Origin: Eledone cirrhosa
Taxonomy: Eukaryota
Direction: 5' to 3'
Assembly (NCBI GenBank): GCA_964016885.1
Contig: OZ024740.1
Span: 277,264,001 to 277,328,000, forward strand
DNA: 64,000 nucleotides
Under the pieces are notes generated by a model. That model was not told the origin of the DNA. It saw only the letters and a list, made by a program, of their open reading frames with translations, and did not search any database. Shown piece after piece: positions 58,340 to 64,000 of the stretch. The stretch's first letter is position 1; each line of letters starts with the position of its first letter. Both the position numbers and the translations under genes were made by a program.

Positions 58340-59120
58340 ATGCTCTCTTTATTAGCCTTCACAGGGCTTACATTAAGAGGACAATAAGATGGTACAGTAC
58401 GGTACAGTGTGGGCTTTTTGTGTGATGGAAAGTTTCATAAAATAACTAAAAAATAAACGTTGAAAAAAATCAAACATTACAAGTGTAACACGTGGAGAAA
58501 GCCCACAAAAACCACGGTAACCTTGACCGCTAGGGCATGTGCCGTCTCTCAGTTGTCCTCCTCCAATTTACTGTCGCATATTTAGAGCAATTCCATTTAT
58601 TCGGGCCATGATCACCTCTCCCTCCCACCTTTCAACAAGCATGTTGGAAGGCAGCATTTCCCTCTCCACCCTGATTTTTCTCATTAGGTGAAACCTGAAA
58701 ACTTTAATCTGGGGTTCACCGAAGAGGAAAGGGCATGTTTGCAACGCTTTCAGATGTGTCCCACACACGACTCTTTCGCCATGGCCACGAGGCAGATAAA
58801 AACTGTGCGTTCTTCCAGCCTGGAGGAATGCGGTGGGGGAACCTTCACTATAGACTCAGCTGATAGCCGAATCTGTTCCACACGTGACGGCAGGTGTTCG
58901 ACATAAACACACAAGTCAGAAATACTCGGACATTCGATGAGTGCCTGCAGACCTTATCTTGAATTGGTAATACTCCGTGGTAGCACTGACAGGCCAGGGA
59001 TTTCTGAAAGTTATCTATGGACGCTGGACCGAAACTCCTCTGCAAAAAAGCGGCTAGTTGATTTTTGTCTCCCCAAAAACTTTGTCGTTTTCACTCGTCA
59101 CTAAAACTTCTATAGAAGTG
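58340..59120 (-). mobile_element. Older Tx1-type LINE 3' fragment (different subfamily)
   Basis: IDNFQKSLACQCYHGVLP and FHLMRKIRVEREML...ARING are homologous to copy A. It ends ggctAATAAAgag, but next to an (ATT)-like tract rather than (ATCT)n. Confidence 0.8.
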
Positions 59121-60012
59121 ATGCTGGCCAGTATTTATGACGGGGCAAAGTCGGTTAAATCGATCGCAATTCTTGACGGTCTATTTAACCTTAGAAGTAT
59201 AAATGGCGAAAATTAACCTCAGTGGGACTTGAATTCAGAATGTAAAGAGCCGAAAGAGTCTGCCAAAACATTTATTTACTTTATTATCTACTGAGTCGAA
59301 TTTCATGCATTATTCTGAGTTCAAATCCTGTTGTATTCTTATACTTAATCCATCACCCATTTTAATGTTGCAAGCTGTGTATTTCATGCTTTCTGCATTT
59401 TTAACAAACTTTCACTGCCAGCATCACAGAGGCCAGAATATCTTTCTAATATGTTGTAAAAGATGAAGAGTTTCAAGTAAACATGAATTTATTTCATCAA
59501 TAACACACTTGACGGTAACGTTTCTGGATTTTTAGTCGTTTTGAGAGAAGCTTAGTATTTAACTGCTGAGAAAAAATAAGCTATAAACTTATACGATTTG
59601 TTTTCTTTGGTTATGAATATCGGCCGATGATACTCATTTACATACAGAATATAAGCTGGCGGGCTCGAATTCATAAGCAATAATACGCACGTAGATCTAC
59701 ACTTACACACACAGCTCTGTACGGACCAACAACAAACACGTACATACACGAACACACACGCGCTCACACGCACACACACATGTCCACTCTAAATCCAAAC
59801 GGATTTTTTCGTTTTCAGAACCATATAAGACGCTTTTGATCACAGCCTTTCAAAAGAAGGCCAACTGAACTTCCTGCATCATAAACACTCCTATCAGCAG
59901 TTTTCCAAGAGATGGCGAAATGAACAGACCTGCTTTTTCTCGAAGACATTTATTTCGTTTCTGCCCTGTTCACTCTCCTATACCTTTCTATATTTTCTTT
60001 AATTTCTCATTC

Positions 60013-60050
60013 TATTTTCTGATGAAGGAGCAGTGTCCGAAACATTAATA
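60013..60050 (+). ncRNA. Minimal hammerhead motif (same family as 14861)
   Basis: CTGATGA-a-GGA-gcagtg-TCC-GAAAC-atta. Confidence 0.55.
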
Positions 60051-60192
60051 CCTTTCCTACAATATTATGCGCGAAACTAATATGTATTTTAATCGTCTGT
60101 TCTGTTTTTCAGCTTACTATTCGCATGCATATGCATATATATATATATATTAATATTCTGAATAATATATATATATATATATTAATATTCTG

Positions 60193-60254
<62 letters not shown>

Positions 60255-60297
60255 CAGAATATTAATAAATGAAGACATTCACATAATCAAAATATAT

Positions 60298-60362
60298 GTT
60301 TTATTATATATATTTCGAAGGTACTGTGCTGTTTTTTCAGTACGTCCTCGTCAGATAAAATA
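60298..60362 (-). ncRNA. Type I hammerhead motif in a PLE 3' region (60250-61620)
   Basis: tattttat-CTGACGA-ggacGTACTG...CAGTACcttc-GAAA-tatat-ATA-ataaaa. Confidence 0.68.
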
Positions 60363-60610
60363 CATGAATTGATGTATGACATACCTCAACGGTCTTGATG
60401 GTTCAATTCCAGTATTGGCAGTGATTTATTACAACAAATCTCAACATTTATATACCACAAATAATAACATGATAAACTTAAATTTAATGAAGAGGATGTG
60501 GAGCGAGATATAAGTATAAGGAGGGGGTGAGTATGAGGAAATGCAAAAAGAAAATAAATAAATACATACATAAATATTTAAATGCGTAAATATACGTGTT
60601 AGGGAAGAAA

Positions 60611-60697
<87 letters not shown>

Positions 60698-61619
60698 GAA
60701 GAAAGACGTAACGGCAAAAAAAGAAAGAAAGTGAAATGATGTGTGACCGTTGCTTTCAAATAGTCAAAAGTCAAATAGAAGCGACCAATTAAATACCATG
60801 AAATTTTTTTATATCTTTTGTATTTTGTTATGTTTAAGCTAATTATATTAATATATTATATCAAAATTAAACAATATAAAAATATTTTCTATAGTAATCA
60901 GAGCATAGTTTAATTCATATATTTATTAAATATTTGTTACAATATTCAAAAACATTTTTATCTTTAAAGCAAGTTTAAATATGTATAAGGATATTTACTA
61001 AAACCCATGCATATATCACCATCAGTATATATATTTTATATAATGTTAAAAATTATTATCTGAATTATTCTATTTCCATTATAAAATCATTTCAATTCAT
61101 TGGTTGTCATTTCATTACAGGATTAATTAGTAGTTGTATTTACTCTTAAAAGTATTATTATTTCGATTTTACTGCCGTAATTACATCTTATTATATATAT
61201 TTTCCCTTTAAGGATTATTCGTATATTATTAAACTGTATAAATCATGTTAAATATACATTAGCAATCCATTTGGACAGAACAAAATTATTTACGAAGAAT
61301 ATAAACAAAGGAAGATAACTCGTTTATCATATGTGAACATTTAAGATATTTAAGTACTTTGAAAGCCAAAAGATATTTCAAACCGCAAATTCAGAAACAC
61401 AATGACCATTCCAAATCCAAAGTTAGGATACTGAGTCTCATCATGAGATTAATTTACTATATAAAAACGATATACAATGTTTAAGGTATGGCAAAACGTT
61501 ATATATATAGCAATAATAATAATATTTCAAGAATTATTAATAGAAATATTTTCTTCGAAATTTTAATCTATTGTAAAACTAGATTCATTGAGTAATCAAT
61601 GAACCATATTAATCTTTGG

Positions 61620-61659
<40 letters not shown>

Positions 61660-61756
61660 TAAAGAAATTGTTTTGGTAAAAACAAGAGCAAGCAAGGAAA
61701 AGCTTCCAAAATTCGTAGTTTGTAGTTACGATGGAGATTCAGTAAAATAATGTTTA

Positions 61757-62229
61757 TACTTTTGGCACAAGGCCAGCAATTAACCAGTACATTACTGGTA
61801 CTTTGTTTTATCGATCCCGTAAGGATGAAAGGCAAAGTCAACCTCGGCGGGATTTGAACTCAGATCGTAAAGGGACGTAACTCTGTTGGAAAGCATGGCG
61901 TCCGACCCTCTACCGATACTGCCAAAGTATAATAATTGTTTCTACTTTAGGCACAAGGCCAGCAATTACCCAGTGCATTACTGGTACTTTATTTTATCAA
62001 CCTCGTAAGGATGAAAGGCAAAGTCAACCTCGGCGGGATTTGAACTCAGATCGTAAAGGGACGTAACTATGCTGGAAAGCATGGCGTCCGACCCTCTACC
62101 GATACTGCCAATCCACCGCCAAAGTATAATAATTGTGTCTACTTTAGGCACAAGGCCAGCAATTACCCAGTGCATTACTGGTACTTTATTTTATCGACCC
62201 CGTAAGGATGAAAGGCAAAGTTAACCTCG
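61757..62229 (-). mobile_element. Three tandem tRNA-SINE copies
   Basis: Units at 61757-61925, 61930-62120 and 62127-62229, joined by aaagtataataat. Confidence 0.9.
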
Positions 62230-62350
62230 TATAATAATGACATTAATAAAGATCTGGTGATACATAAATCGTTTATTCATTATAATTATTTCAAGAACCA
62301 TTGAAATGATTATAATGGGTAAACGATTTATGTATCATCAGTATTAATGT

Positions 62351-62425
<75 letters not shown>

Positions 62426-62437
62426 GTGTGTGTGTGT

Positions 62438-62505
<68 letters not shown>

Positions 62506-62772
62506 ATACATAAATACAAACAAACAAATAGCAGCAACGACTGCTTTCTTTAATCACTGTATTAATTGCTTCATTGATAAATTGACAAGCCTAATTCAAT
62601 GAAATCGACTTGTCAAGTGTTCGCAAGAATAGCAGTGGTTTTTACAGTTGACCCTGATTGTGTGGATGTCAAAGTTTGTAGCAAGATGTAGATTAGTTAA
62701 ATTTAAAACAATACTTGCATTCTACTTTCACAATCAGGGAATGGGTGGAATATGTATGGGATAACATTAATA

Positions 62773-62897
62773 TTACGGTCTGAGTTCAAATCCCGCCAAG
62801 GTTAACTTTGCCTTTCATCCTTACGGGGTCGATAAAATAAAGTACCAGTAACGTACTGGATAATTGCTGGCCTTGTGCCTAAAGTAGAAACAATTAA
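62773..62897 (+). mobile_element. tRNA-SINE, 5'-truncated
   Basis: B box, core and tail. Confidence 0.88.
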
Positions 62898-63001
62898 TAT
62901 TACAGGCTAGACGCAGGAGACGTTGGACATTGTCCAGGCTTGGTCTGGTCTGATGTTGCAAATTGCTTAGTAGAGTTTTCTCACCTTACTTTCTCTATAT
63001 A

Positions 63002-63215
63002 CGAGGGTCGTCTAAAACGTTCATAGCCTTACTATGAAGGATTGATGCTAGAGCTGGGAAATATTGCATGCATTAATTTCAGCCCTTCTTATTAATAACT
63101 ACATTGTTGCTTTCCAGGTACTATATTGAAAAATAAACCTCATTTGGTCATTCCATGAGAGTATCTTGGTCAGCCTATGAACGTTTCAGCCAGCGAACTT
63201 TTCAGGCGACCATCG
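63002..63215. mobile_element. Mariner-type MITE
   Basis: TA|cgagggtcgtctaaaacgttc ... gaacttttcaggcgaccatcg|TA. Confidence 0.72.
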
Positions 63216-64000
63216 TACATTCACAAGCAGGGTATGTACGAGATAACATTTAAAATCATATGTTGCGAACCCAAGGTAATGTAAGGAAAGCCGGGAATTG
63301 CCCAGGATTGCTCTGGTCTGATGTTGTAAATTATTTAGAATAGTTTTCCCTCCTTACCTTACATTGTTATCCTTGTTATTGATGTCTATTCTAGTGTTAT
63401 GATTGTTAATGTTGAATAATTGTATTTGACACAGAAATAAAATGAAATAAGTAGAAAGTATATTGATAATCTGTATTTTCTGTTGTAACACTTGATTATA
63501 AATTTAGCCCTTCAGTCGAAGAATGGTTAAATGGGAATATCAGGAAGTATGCTTTAGTTGAAAATATTATATTAAAAATCGATCAAAATATGCTAAAAGG
63601 AAAGACCAGGTGTCCCGGTTCTTTGTAGTATGTAAACATTATCAAACGTTTAATAAACAATCCCTGCAGTTAAGAAAAATGATCGTAAATAGTTAAAGTA
63701 CTTTATGAGAATGAAACCAGATTTGAACAGCTGATAATTTTTCACACAGAAATACATTAAACAACAAATCAAAATACCGTTTATTATTTATTTATACTTA
63801 AAACTGTGCACTTATATCTTACTAATTGAGATAATCAATCGATGGAGAAGGAGAGAGAGAAAGAAAACAAGACAGAGTCAAATTGTTTCAAAATAGTATT
63901 TAAGGGAAATATTAAAACGACATAGCTGAGTAGCTTTGAAAGATCAGATTAGGGAATATTCTAAAAACATACTTTGATTATAGTTAATATGAATTTCTTA

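Overview
A eukaryotic, AT-rich, microsatellite-dense window in which I see no host gene. It is almost entirely transposable-element debris. The SINE and microsatellite composition looks like a coleoid cephalopod (octopus), which is an inference. Contents: (1) a head-to-tail stack of Tx1/L1-clade LINEs at 1-6.3 kb plus an inverted copy at 9.6-12.4 kb, all joined through (ATCT)n; (2) a Tigger/pogo fossil; (3) a full-length RTE LINE (33938-37042, minus strand) that starts exactly at the cleavage site of a twister ribozyme and is nested in a Naiad-type Penelope-like element (PLE); (4) several other PLE fragments and fold-back pseudo-LTRs in (TA)n, carrying about 10 minimal hammerhead ribozyme motifs; (5) two Dong/R4 REL-endonuclease LINEs and a CRE-like fragment with a 30-bp target duplication; (6) about 20 copies of one tRNA-derived SINE, several MITEs, a 20-bp minisatellite and many simple repeats. 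The strongest leads are the (ATCT)n-targeting Tx1 stack, the twister-defined RTE 5' end and the hammerhead-bearing fold-back PLE ends. All calls come from reading motifs by eye; no searches or folding were run.
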